DNA of 64,000 nt, from assembly GCA_951804945.1 (NCBI GenBank), contig OX638153.1, positions 45,136,001-45,200,000 on the forward strand. Reading direction: 5' to 3'. The translations under genes and the position numbers were made by a program. The DNA is from Podarcis cretensis. Taxonomy: Eukaryota. The notes beneath the pieces are model-generated. The model was not told the DNA's origin, made no database searches, and saw only the letters and a list, made by a program, of their open reading frames with translations. Every line of letters starts with the position of its first letter. Position 1 is the first letter of the stretch. Of the stretch, positions 12,774 to 24,700 are shown in pieces.

Positions 12774-13779
12774 AAGATGCTCTAATTCTGTGGGTGTCTA
12801 ACCCCCAAAGTGGAAATCAGATATCTCTGGTAGGATTCAGAATTAATTAAATGTGAAACACAGGGCAGAGTTGGGGTTTTCTTCGTAGTCATGTTGTAGC
12901 TCCCAAGCCATTTTGTATTCAAGAATAAATCTCTGCAATCACTAGAAGCCTCTAGCTCTGTTAAACAAAAAAGAAAGTTTGTATTCTGAAGCTGTGTGCA
13001 TTTGACTAGCTTTGTGGAGCAGAAGCACCTTTCCTGCTACAGTAGTTCACTAATATACAGATATAACAAGGGAGGAGGTGGCCCTGGTACAAGAGGAAGT
13101 ATCTTGTTTCCCTTTAGACATAAGGGAGTTCACACTGTTAAAAGAAATTTAGTTGGTTTTGTTAAATAAGAAAATGTTCTTGAAATGGCTGTGGACTTGC
13201 ATCACCCTCCCCCCGGGCTGCCTTTAAGGTTCTAGGACAATACATATAGAAAAGAGTGGAATAAGCACTCATTCTTGAATTAATTTTTTTTTTTAAGGTT
13301 TAACAACTGTTCCAAAAGTTCTCCAGGAATTTGTGTGTGTTTGTAACCCACTACAGACACTACCCAATAGCAGCTTGCGAAAACCATAACCACTGTGTAT
13401 ACCTGTGTATTGCAGCAGTGTTCGTTTCCTTCTTGGAAACAAGTTTTGGCTAAGCTTAAAAGTGCCATGGAAAATGACAAAACCTGTTAAACCAGGACTG
13501 TGGTAGGCACAACAAATGTTATTTTGTCACAGGGAAAGGGATATTTACAGTTGTGCTGTCAGGTTTTTCAAAAAAAAAACAAACCCACTGTTGTCTATAC
13601 ACAGAGGCATGCTCTATGACAGATGTGAAGTGGAGACTACAAAAATGTGAAAGATCCTTTGGATTTAAAATCATATATGGACTAATTTTACCTTTAAGGC
13701 TTGTTCTTTTAGAAGCATGTGCTCTCGTTACCCTGGGGACGTGTTTTCCAGTACCTCCAAGATAAGGAGATATTCCCAA

Positions 13780-14177
13780 GAAGAACTCTCATGCTGGCGC
13801 TGCTCCCCATACCAGCACAAACTCTTGAAAAACTGAGCTAATGGTCCTGTTGGTGCCACCGCCTCTGACTGCTGCCCAGTTGTCGTTGACCCATGACAGG
13901 TCCTTCTTGGTGACAGTTCCCCACTGCCTGGCGAAGTGGGTGGTCTGTCTCCCTCAATACTGACTTTCAGGAGGAATATGTTAATAACATTTCTCTTTAC
14001 CCAGACATTTGACAGCTAAAAGATACCGGCATTTGCAGTCTTAAAATGAGCAGTTGTGAAATACATTTAAAAGCCATCACATACCCTCACAGTTGCTAAT
14101 TTTTAAATTGTGTTTTAAATTTAATGTTTTAAATTGTGTTTGGGGGGAAAGGGCGGGAAAGAAATCTAATTCATAAA
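13780..14177 (+). mobile_element. Old L2 3' fragment
   Basis: gacaggtccttcttggtgacagttcccc...actttcaggagg...acatttctctttacccagacattt followed by an aagggcgggaaagaaat-type end. Confidence 0.55.
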
Positions 14178-14529
14178 TGCTTTTAGTGGCTGGGGTGTCG
14201 GATTTCTGGATAGAAGTGCCAGAGGTCATCTTACTTTGGCAGCAAGGGAAGAGAGGACATCTTTTTTTTGCAGTGGTGTGCCAGAGCCCACCTATAAAAC
14301 TGGAAGGAAATTGATGCCATCTTGGTCCTAATATGGTGACAAATAGAGGTATTATAGGTTTTCTCCCCCACAGTGAATGAAGGAGAAAACTACCTTTTAT
14401 TCATTAGACCGTATTGAAACCTAAATTTTCTGTTCTAGGCATATTTTCTTTTTCAGTTCTTTGAACATACGACAACATTGTACAGATAAATAATGTAACC
14501 CTTGGGCACTGTATGGTCTTTTAAAAATC

Positions 14530-14679
14530 CCTGGGATAGCTCAGCCACTAGAACATGAAACTCCTAATCTCAGGATTGTGGGTTTGAGTCCCACATTGGG
14601 CAAAAAGATTCCTGCGTTGCAGAGAGTTGGAACAGATGACCCTTGGGGTTCCTTCCAGCACTATAATTCTGTGATTCTA
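14530..14679 (+). mobile_element. tRNA-Lys-derived SINE with CR1-type 3' tail
   Basis: Head ggatagctcag...taatctcagg...gggtttgagtcccacattgggc resembles tRNA-Lys. Tail gatgaccc...ccttccag...attctgtgattcta is the CR1 3' end. A tail-only copy lies at 57317-57361. Confidence 0.8.
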
Positions 14680-16957
14680 ATCATGCTGCCCCCCTAAAGA
14701 AACACTTCTTCCCCATGCTTAACCCCCCCCCCCAGCTGGCCTTCAGTGGCTGGTTAGGATTGCTATATAGGAAACTTATTTATTTTGGTTTTTTAAAATT
14801 TAAAAACTGCATCCCAGTTTGTTTCACCACAAACATGTGCAAATGTCATTCTAGTAACTGAGTAGCACTACCCAAGAGAAGCCTTTAGACTAAAGCTATT
14901 AAGCTTTTCAGTAAAAGCATATAATGAAAAATTATTCTGATTTATACAGACAGGTCAAGGATCAATATTCTGACAATTATTAATAAACCAAACTTCTCAT
15001 GCCTGATCTGTAGTGTGTTAGATAAATCCAGGCTTTTATTGCAGGATTGTTTCCAAATTCTTTTAACACTCAAAATGAGTTTTTAACTGAATATCTAGTA
15101 ATTTTTGGGTAGACCGTTTTAGATTCTGGAGAAAATGATTTTCAAAGATAGCTCAGAATAATTTTTCATGGATATCTGAGAGACATGAAATCTGTTGAAG
15201 ACTATATGCTCCTTTTTGGAGGCCAAACACATTTATTATTGGGTAGCTACACTGCTTAATTAATATATAGGTTACACAATCCGTATTTTGAATAGTATTG
15301 GGTTGAATGTAATGAGGCTTGCTCCCAAATAACTAGGTTTATGATTGCAGCTTTAGCCAGGAGAACATTGATTCTGCTACTCTTACAAAAGACTCAAAAG
15401 GTATTAAAAAACAACCTCATATCAACATTAACGACGCAAAATCTAGTAGCATTAACAGAGTTTGATAGGGAAAGACAAAGGATGCTACAGAAGTAAAACA
15501 AATTTAAGGAAATCAGTCTTCATTCCATTAAAAGTAAAAACAGAAAACTACTTCTAAAAATGACTTGAAAAAAATGTTTCATTTTCTTAGGTATTTTCCT
15601 TCACTGACTAAATAGGTGACAGGCTAGTTACTGTGCCCACATGCCTAGGCTAAAACTCATAAACCTCATTCAAAGAACTAGACTTTCTGACAGCTGCCTG
15701 TCATGTATTCTCTAATTCTTATTAAGGCAAGAAAACCTCTTCCAATATATTTGACTTTCAAGCAGTTGCATGTCATAAATATTCTAATAATACTAATGCA
15801 AGAATAATCTAGTAGAGGGCAGTTTTTAAATGTGTTGCATTTGTATGTGAAATTCTTAAGTGTGTGATGAAGAGGATTTGTACTATTTACTGCAGGGGGG
15901 GTGGGGGGATTACTACGACATCCTGTCTGTATTTGGGTCAGAAATATAGCCCAGAGGTATTTGTATGATAGATGCATTAGACTGCATTAGTGACTTAGCT
16001 ATCATAATAGCAAAATACGCCATCATGTGACGACTTGAGCTTCAAACATTTTATTGTGGATTAGCCCTAGAAATGCACAAGATGACCTAACAACCACCAA
16101 AAGAAGGTGACTGTTGTGCTATTTTTTCTTCCTCAAGATCTCAGCCTAACACTTGCATGCATATCTGTACTTTTTATGGAGAAAGGAAACAAGATTATCA
16201 TTCAGTATGTTCTGTAGTTTTAATGTACACAACATAGCATAGCAAATGTGTTGGTGAATCTTTTTTTTAAATGTTCTAGCAACCAGGATTCAAGATAGCA
16301 AGGGCTACTTGCATTCTGTTGACTATTTTAAAGTTGACTATTATAAAGTGTTTCTTGTAATTTTCTTAAATATTAATGAAGTGTAAAAATGTTCAGTAGG
16401 TTTGAAAAGACCAAATACTGTACATCTGTCTTATCCCTTCCACCTCTTAGTGTCCACATTAACATTGAAGTGATAAAAATATAATAATTGTGTCTGCTGT
16501 GCATAAAGTATGTGTGTTGTGTGCGTTTAAATAGTGTACCGGTGAACAATATGTAATGTCCATTCTCTTCTTTCAGCTTTGTAATACTAAGACTTGAGAG
16601 CCTTTCATCCTCCCTTTTCTGTGACCTCTTCTCAGGTCTTAAAATTATAAATTCCAGATTACACCTTGGCAATTTTCTTTCCTGGGATGATGAAAGGATT
16701 TGAGAATTATGGTAATAATATGAAGAATCGTTTTGGAGAATAATTAGTGGAGTTAATTTCAAACTGGTCTCTCATCTTCCCTGTCCCTTCCCCTGATCCC
16801 CCAGTAATTTTTCAAAAAATGTGCAGTGTTCATCACATGTTTTCCCAATACCTAGATTGTTTCTACTCATGATCTTATATATTTGTATATCTTGCTTCAG
16901 CCTTGTTTGGGGCCAGCATGCCTGCTCCTATTTAATTTGTCTTTAGCTCTGTATAGT

Positions 16958-17315
16958 GGATTAGCATTTCATCAGAATGGATTAAGATTGAATTGACATT
17001 GAAGCTCCCTTGCCACTCTCCCCACCCCCTTTATTTTCCTGCCATGGGAGAGGGAAGGTAAAATCTTAAAGGAATCCTGTGTTATGCATAGAAAACAAAT
17101 AAATATAAATAGCATGTAGTAGCTATGATCAGAGGAAGAATATATACAGAGGTGTCTGGGTCAGCCAGTGCAGTAGGTTGCATCAGGCTCAATTGGTGTC
17201 ACATGGAACAAAAGCTTTAGGGGCTTTATTTATCCCTTAATCCCCACACACTGTTTGACTAGTTGTCCATGTGAGCAAGCCATCCCAAGCAGGAAGGGAT
17301 AAACCATCTGGATTA
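16958..17315 (+). promoter_or_regulatory. Candidate RIBEYE proximal promoter/enhancer: cluster of K50 homeodomain (CRX/OTX2) TAATCC sites plus a NeuroD-type E-box
   Basis: GGATTA at 16958, 16979 and 17310; TTAATCCCC at 17237; CATCTG at 17305 overlapping the last site. All lie within 670 bp of the RIBEYE ATG. Confidence 0.6.
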
Positions 17316-17619
17316 AGTGCAGCATCCCTTTTCTGTTTCTGAATTGTACAGGAAAGACCTTTCCATTCTGCAGTTTTTGGAGCCAGGCTGGGTTACTGTT
17401 GGGTCTTTCTGTGTTTTGTCTACTTATGTTTCGAAGAATTAATAATTCAGGCAACACTTTGAAATCGTAAACCACCTGTTGGGCTGTTTCTTGAAGCTGC
17501 AGAAGGATTCAAATACAGTGCATTTTGTTTGTTTGTTTTTGCTTTTTTTATGCGTGTAACTGAAGCTTTAACAAGAGAGCTTGCTTGCCATTATTTAAGC
17601 TGAACATTGCTGTGTACCA

Positions 17620-19336
17620 ATGCCAATTCCAAGCAAACACATTGGCCGCTCTCAGAGCTGGGATGCTGCAGGATGGTATGAAGGCAATTGGGAGAATGAA
17701 AGTTCGTTCGACTACCAGAGACCTCCGGGAAGAAGGAATTCTTTAACCTACGGTGGTGAGGGAGTTTGGTATGAGCAGCCAACCCAAAGACCACACGATA
17801 TCATCTTGCAGGGAGGTGCGGAACTGAAGCAGGAGCCATATCCATACCAGGAGCCAGTTTTTCACCAAGGTCCTTTGCGGAAAGGTTCCGTCCCTGAGTT
17901 TTCTTACTACGACAGACAGCCTACAATGTCTGCACGAAGTTCCTTGCCACCTCAGGATTACTACAGTGACCCTTCGCTAGCTGCCAGATCACCTAAAGAT
18001 CCACGCTACTATAGAGACCACATGATTAACAGACCATTACCGAATTATGGCAGATTGGCTTGGGATCAGATGCAAGTCCGGTCACCTGCCCCGCATGAAG
18101 CCAGCCGCATGTATAGAGATCCAATGACTAAGATGGTCCCCGAGGCACAGAGGATTCGAAACAGAGATCCTTCTCATGCAAGATATGGTGTTGAACCTCC
18201 GATGCCCAGGTGTGGGGCAGAACCTCCAGCATTCCTGAACCGGCCAGCTTATAATGACACAGTGGACAGATCTATAGATGCTGCAGCCAGTAGGCAAGTT
18301 ACCCCAACATGTTTGGTAGTTGATCCAAACTCAACGGCAGCTCTTGATGGAAGCATAAACCGTGGTTATGGACCAGTCCGGGAGACGGTCGGTGCAAAAG
18401 CTCCTTATGACAGCTGCGAAACAGCCACAACTCCTTCACAAGCTCAGGTGCCTCCACCTTTCCCAGGACAAGACATTAAAAGGAATGTGGATCCAGAGTT
18501 CTTGGCACTTCTGCGTTCTGAAGGAGTATCCGAAAGCACGCTCAATGCCTTGCTGCAGCAGGGATTTGATTCTCCAAGCATGCTGGCGATGATGGAGGAG
18601 AATGACATAAAATCAGTTGCTCCGAATCTAGGGCAGGCGAGAGTGCTTTCTAGAATTGCCCATATTTACAAAGCAGAGATGCAGATGCAGAGGCAGGAAA
18701 GGAAAAGCACCATCATCCGTCCCAGACACAGGTCTAACAGCTTTAGTCACCGAAGTGAATTGCTCCAGAATGAGTATATGATGCACCCAGCCACCAGCCC
18801 AATGGCAGATGGTGCAGTGATGCACCCACCTGCAGCTGCTTCTATGCAGCCCGTGTCCCCAAGAGTAGCAGAAATAACTCGCCGTCCATCTAGTGCTCCG
18901 ACACAACACCTTCTAGAAACTGCAACTTACCCTGCGTCTGGCTTGCCCCATCAAGGTGCTCCTTTTCTTCTCAACTCTGGATACAGTGCTTCTGGCCCGT
19001 GCAATATGCACACCCGACAAGCAACTGGCTATACTGCTCCAGCTGGAATAGCCATGAATGCACTGCAAACAAATCCACACCCAAGTCCCAAAACAGCATA
19101 TTCGACCACATACACAGTACCCATGGAGCTGATGAAGCGGGAAAGGAATCCTCCATTGTCCCCAATGCACAGTCCTCACAACAGCCCCCAACTCATTCGA
19201 AAACAAGGAACCCAAATGGAGCCCAACCTGGTGCCAGCAGGACCAAGTTTTCCAATGCAGCACTCTCCATATCAGAAAACCACAAGGCGCACAGGGCCAC
19301 CAGTCATTGTCTCCACCATGGCATCGCCTGAACCAA
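17620..19336 (+). CDS. CTBP2: RIBEYE A-domain exon (ribbon-synapse isoform of CtBP2), 572 codons + 1 nt
   Basis: ORF starts MPIPSKHIGRSQSWDAAGWYEG and ends ...RRTGPPVIVSTMASPEP, typical of RIBEYE(A). Donor CAA|GTAATT at 19337 is phase 1, and A+GT gives Ser in [11 protein letters not shown] with exon 61229. The last ~48 aa of the 620-aa track ORF are intronic read-through. Confidence 0.96.
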
Positions 19337-21597
19337 GTAATTACTTTAAAGTATATTACTTTATATGGTTTCTTTTAGAATTGTTGTATTCATGTTTAAT
19401 TACTGGGAGGGGGAATCAGCATACCAATAGCCTTAGAAATAAACTGTTATATATGTATATATTCTTACCTGCACCAACCTGAAGAGTCATTAATCTACCT
19501 GGTATATAATAAATAATTCCAGCATGAGGATGCACAGTGTGACTTAATTTAGCTTTTTTAAAAAATTTCTTAGTTCACAGCAGATAAAAATGGCAAGTGT
19601 GCCAAACCATCATTTCACAGTGACACTTGCAGCTTCTGTTATTTGCAAGGGACATAAGATTAGATACTAAACACTTTCTAGGGCAATTAGGCTGAAAGGT
19701 TTCATTTTTAGACTGATTTCCCCTAGTTGTTATCAGCACAAGTGTGCTTTTCAGAAGAAACAGTTAGTGTTTCCTTGATGAAATTTATCAAGTAACTTAT
19801 CAAGTAACTAATGATGTGATCCTGGAACTCCCCAGCTTGGACAGTAATCATTATTCCTTTTGGATTGATTTTTTCTTTTTTTCCTTTCTTTATTCAATAA
19901 GATTTTTCAAATAAAACACTATGCTGTTGATTTCTTATTGGAATTACTTATGGCTATAGAAGCAGTTAACAAAATAAGTCTGCATTTAATGCTAAAGTCA
20001 ATCATTAACCACTAGGTAAATAAATACTTTGTGGTGGGGGTTATTTGTTATGTTATGTTACCATGTTATTATTTTTGGGGGTTTTTATACTGCAAACCAT
20101 CATCCTTGGATGAAGGGCAATATAGAAACTAATTAATTAAAAGGTGGGAATGCTCCTAAAATTCCTTTCCTGCCTACAGGTTTTATAAGCTGTATAGAGA
20201 ATGCATAAACTGATAAGTTTCTAACATTGATGAAGCTAAGCACATATATATATAGTCCATGGAATTAAATTTGCAATGAAAGAAAATAACTGGCAGATAA
20301 CCCTTAGCATGGGTTACATTCAATTAAAACCCAGTGAAAACATTTGCCATCAATGAAATTGTAGAAATTGCCTCAGATTAGTAAATTGTATAATTTGACT
20401 TGTGCCTAATGCTGTGTGCAGCTACTGGGATTAAATCCCTTTAAATTAAGGGGAATTTTCTTCTAAGTAAATGTTTTTAGGATTGATCTGCATGTTTATT
20501 GAAAGTGAGTGACTTAACAAAGGACACAATCCAACCATGGTGAAGCATATTTTAAATCCAATTGATTTCAATAGGAGAATTAAGCATATACTTTAACTCA
20601 CTTCTGTTATGATAAAATAGATTTAAAAGTACTTACATTTGGCTTGTGCCCCAAAGTGTACTATCTATGAGCGTAAAAACAATGTCTGAACAATGACACA
20701 GTGTCATTTTAAAAGTGGAACTGATAAAAGTTGCAATGTTCCACTTTTGCTCTTACGCTTTTTAAAGCACAGATTGCTCTTAGTTTAGATTTCATGATGT
20801 GTGAAATAAATACATATGTAGAAATACCTTGAATATATGAGAATGCCATATGTACAGATATATTAGAAACAGAGTATACTGCTTTTGAAAGTATTTGAAG
20901 CTAGGGTTGTGAAAATGCTTCATTTGCTTAAAATGATGTTTTTAGCAATGTTGGAAAGAAGAGCGCTTGTGACTGCCATTTGAACTGGGCTTGGTTGTAA
21001 ATGAAAGCTTCTAAAGACTGTTCAGGTAGAACAATTTCTGAATGATTTCTTGTAAACAGATTCAGAATTTTTCAATTTGGGAGTAATAAAATGTTTTTTG
21101 GAAAGGCCAACATTTTGTCACAGCTGTTATCCACTGCATCTTTAATTGATAATCTAGTGTTCCTTCAGAAACTTCAGACATAATACAAAAAGCAAATAGC
21201 GACCCTGTGCAAGTCATACTGTAGGTAAAAGCTTCTGGTTGCTTCTGGTAGCTTGTGAGCGCAACATTTTTCAGTAGAGTTTATGCACTTTTAAGATTAA
21301 GGCAGGCGTTCTTTCTAAACATGGTGGAAATGGCTTGATCACACATTATGTGCCCTGAAAACAAATGCCTCTGAATATAGATAATATGTCGTACACTTCA
21401 GAATATCTCTCTCTTTACCGCTTAGTCCTTCATCACTCTTATTAAGACTTCAGGGATGCATATTTTGGTGGTGGTGGGGAAATCTATAGCTGTTTTCCCT
21501 TTTTAATGTGTTAGTCTGTTTATAAGACAATACTAACAGCATTGTTGAGATGTGAGCAGCCTCCTTCTTGAGTCAAACATTTTTTCTCTACAACCAA

Positions 21598-21752
21598 NNN
21601 NNNNNNNNNNNNNNNNNNNNNNNNNNNNNNNNNNNNNNNNNNNNNNNNNNNNNNNNNNNNNNNNNNNNNNNNNNNNNNNNNNNNNNNNNNNNNNNNNNNN
21701 NNNNNNNNNNNNNNNNNNNNNNNNNNNNNNNNNNNNNNNNNNNNNNNNNNNN
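21598..21752. other. Assembly gap (155 N)
   Basis: Run of n characters. Confidence 1.
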
Positions 21753-24700
21753 TCACTGCAAAGGTTTAGCTGAAGTAGGACCTTCTGCTAATTCCCCCCT
21801 TCCATTCTTGTTTTGTTCTATTTCTTTTTCTGTCCAAAACAATGAAGAAAGGTATTTGCCCCTCTTCTTAAAATGCAAATTTAATCTAGGAGTTAAGGTA
21901 AGATCCATTGATTACAGAAACATGGGTGAAATGAAGTTCCAGGGTATCTTAATAATGAAGAAATATAAATCTTTATTTTAAAACATTCTCAAATAATGCT
22001 CAGGAAAGGTACTTGAACAAAAGTACATGCTTATAACATTTAAAAACACAGTTGCAAGGTCATAGTCGGGGTGCAGAATTGGCCAGTGGTAGAATGTTTA
22101 TATATTATCTTACATTTTCTGCTATGAGATGAATGCCAAGGGAACCTTAACTTTTTTTAAGGTATCTGAACCACAGTGTAAATGTTAGCTTAGGCTGCAG
22201 TCCTGTATGGTACTTACTTCTGAGTAGATATATATAAGATGACATTGTTAGGCTCTAATCCTACATGCACTTATTAATGTGTAAACCCCCTTGAATTCAA
22301 AGGGACTCCAAACCCTTGGGGGGGGTGTTCGTTCCAAGGCAGGAGGAGAAGCTAGACATATGTGGGCTCCAACAGATTCCGAGCCAACCTTTCACTACCA
22401 TCACTTGATGGCTTCAGACATGATCGCTGCGCCAGCTCCAGGCTGGAGCAACAATTTGCCTCTGCTTCCCAACCCAGCCAGCACCAGTGGCAGGGATGCA
22501 TATGGGGTAATGGCTCTGCCCCGCAACAGCTGCCCTGCAGGGGCTTGGGTTGCTCCGTTACTTTCAAGTAAACATGTAAAGGTTTGCGCTGTTAATCAGA
22601 TTTCCCCCTTAAATTGAAGGGATTTCCACTCATTGGCTGCACTGTTAGCATATAAAGATCGGTTGAAGTATATAGATATCATAAGCATCTAGTGAACTTG
22701 ATTTTAAAATGTAAAGATTTAATTGGTAGCTTCAGTTGTAACACACCTTCTAGAGAGCAATCCCAATTGAACCAGAGTAAGAGTTGCATCTGCGTAAACA
22801 TACATAAGATTGCATTGATGATATATAAAGGATTGTAACTAATGCTGTCCATGCACATATAGAACAGATGCCTGCTTATAGACTTTTCCTCCCCCCCCCC
22901 CCCCCGCCCCAGCAGCCTCAAAATCTGTTCCCAGAGAGTTGAGGAAGAGCTGAAGTCCACCTATGCAAGGTTGGCTTCCATTGAATATCTTCAATGAGAT
23001 GTATTTTAAAAATCAGTTCACTCAATTTATAGCTTCATGCCTTTCAGTTTTTGCCTTTTCAGTTACAGCAATTCAGGCTCAAGGACACTGACTTCAGCAG
23101 TAAGTTGTTATTATATATTTTGTTTAATTATGCAAGCCAATGTATCTACAACTGAGCCAGTTTCAAGGACCTTGTATTAATTTAAAGAGTCCTGAATGAC
23201 ATAGGTCTACTCTAGGGCACCTCAGGGACCCTTATTTCCCAGTTTGGCCACTGAGATAATCTGCAGGAGCACCACTGGTCGTCCCCTGAGTTGGCAGGGA
23301 TCATTTGACAAATGCAAGGAACTGAGCCTTTAGTGTAATCGGCACAATACTGTTGAATACTCAGCCAATAGAGAATCAGCAGGTTTCAACTTTTAAATGC
23401 CCACTGAAGACTTTTCTATTCCATCAGGCCTGTTCAGGTGATTTGGAATTCATCTTTCCACAATAGCTGATTTCTGGTTTAAACTTCCTTATATGGTTTT
23501 GTGTACTGTTGTTGCAAACTGCTCTGATATATTTTATGAATAGCGGTATGGAAATATTTCTATAAATACATAAAAATATATATAATAAGATGGCATAGAC
23601 AAGAAACTCAAGGAGTTGATGTGAAAACTAGAGGTAGGGAAACTGGTCTAACATCAATCTGGGAAGGGCTCATTCTTTCCAAGCTTTTTTCCTGTTTTAA
23701 AAGAAAAAAGGGGTTCGGGAATTTTTTTCTAAAATCATTACAAATCTGTTCCTGCTAGCCCTTGATTGTCTGAGCCTCCATACCCATTGCCTAACTCTCC
23801 AGCAGCAGCAGCAGCAGGCGGCATGTAGGTATGGAGGGATGTGAATGGACAAACAAGGAGGAGAGGAATAGGGCTACTCCTTGGATTTTCATTGGTCCTC
23901 AAAGCCTTACCAACACAAACTGCTCAGCTCTCAGAGCATTGTAGTTTGTCAGGGCTGCTGGGTCCTGTATAATTACAATTCTTACAATTTTTCACCAGCA
24001 GCTTTCTGTTTGCAGTCAGGTTTTTGGGCATCATTGCACTTCCACAACACTGTTGCTGCTACTGGAAGGGGATGGGGGGCAGATCAGATTTGCCAAGCTT
24101 ATTTACAAGTCTAGCTGAAATTAAAGGGATTTGGGCTCATATCATAAAAGTTATGTTATTGCCAGACTGGGGGAAGCTCGCTTCCCAGCCCTTCACCTCC
24201 AATTCTGGAACTCTGCAACATCACTTACAAAGATGGGCTGTAAACTTAATTCCTTTGCCAAGCAATTCTCTCTGAAAATGTAAAAGCTTAACCTTGCTCA
24301 CCCAGCATTGCCAACTGTTTTAAATGCCTTTCACGTCTGCCATAGTTTCAAGCTTTGGCTAGAAAAACACTTTGGAAAGCACACAAAAAATAAATAGAAT
24401 AGTCATGAATTTAGACTTTAAAATAAACTTTTTAAATTATGAGACTTGTGACAAAGCTACAGCAGTTAGCAGTCCCACTTGTTGACAGTAAATTTACAGT
24501 TTTCAGATGTCTTTTCTGTCACTCCTTGATATGGGATGGGGAGATCAGGAGCACAGTTTAATCCTACTTTGTTTTAAGCAATTGGAGTTAGAATAATTGA
24601 CGGTGCTCTGAGTTTGTACGTAACAGGAAACTGGGATTTAATCAAAAGTGAAAATAGAAGCTTTCATTGCCCTATAACAAGTGAAGAAGGAAGTTGGGGG

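Noticed and set aside
14530-14602. Functional tRNA-Lys gene
   Set aside because: Multiple stem and box mutations, and it is directly fused to a CR1-type tail, so it is a SINE head.
18082-19331. Antisense and alternate-frame ORFs over the RIBEYE exon
   Set aside because: Expected by-products of a long coding exon; no recognisable motifs.
19337-19482. C-terminal ~48 aa of the 620-aa track ORF as part of canonical RIBEYE
   Set aside because: Similarity to RIBEYE ends at ASPEP, where a phase-1 donor joins exon 61229. The remainder is AT-rich intron.
21520-21981. ORFs spanning the N run
   Set aside because: Artefacts of the assembly gap.
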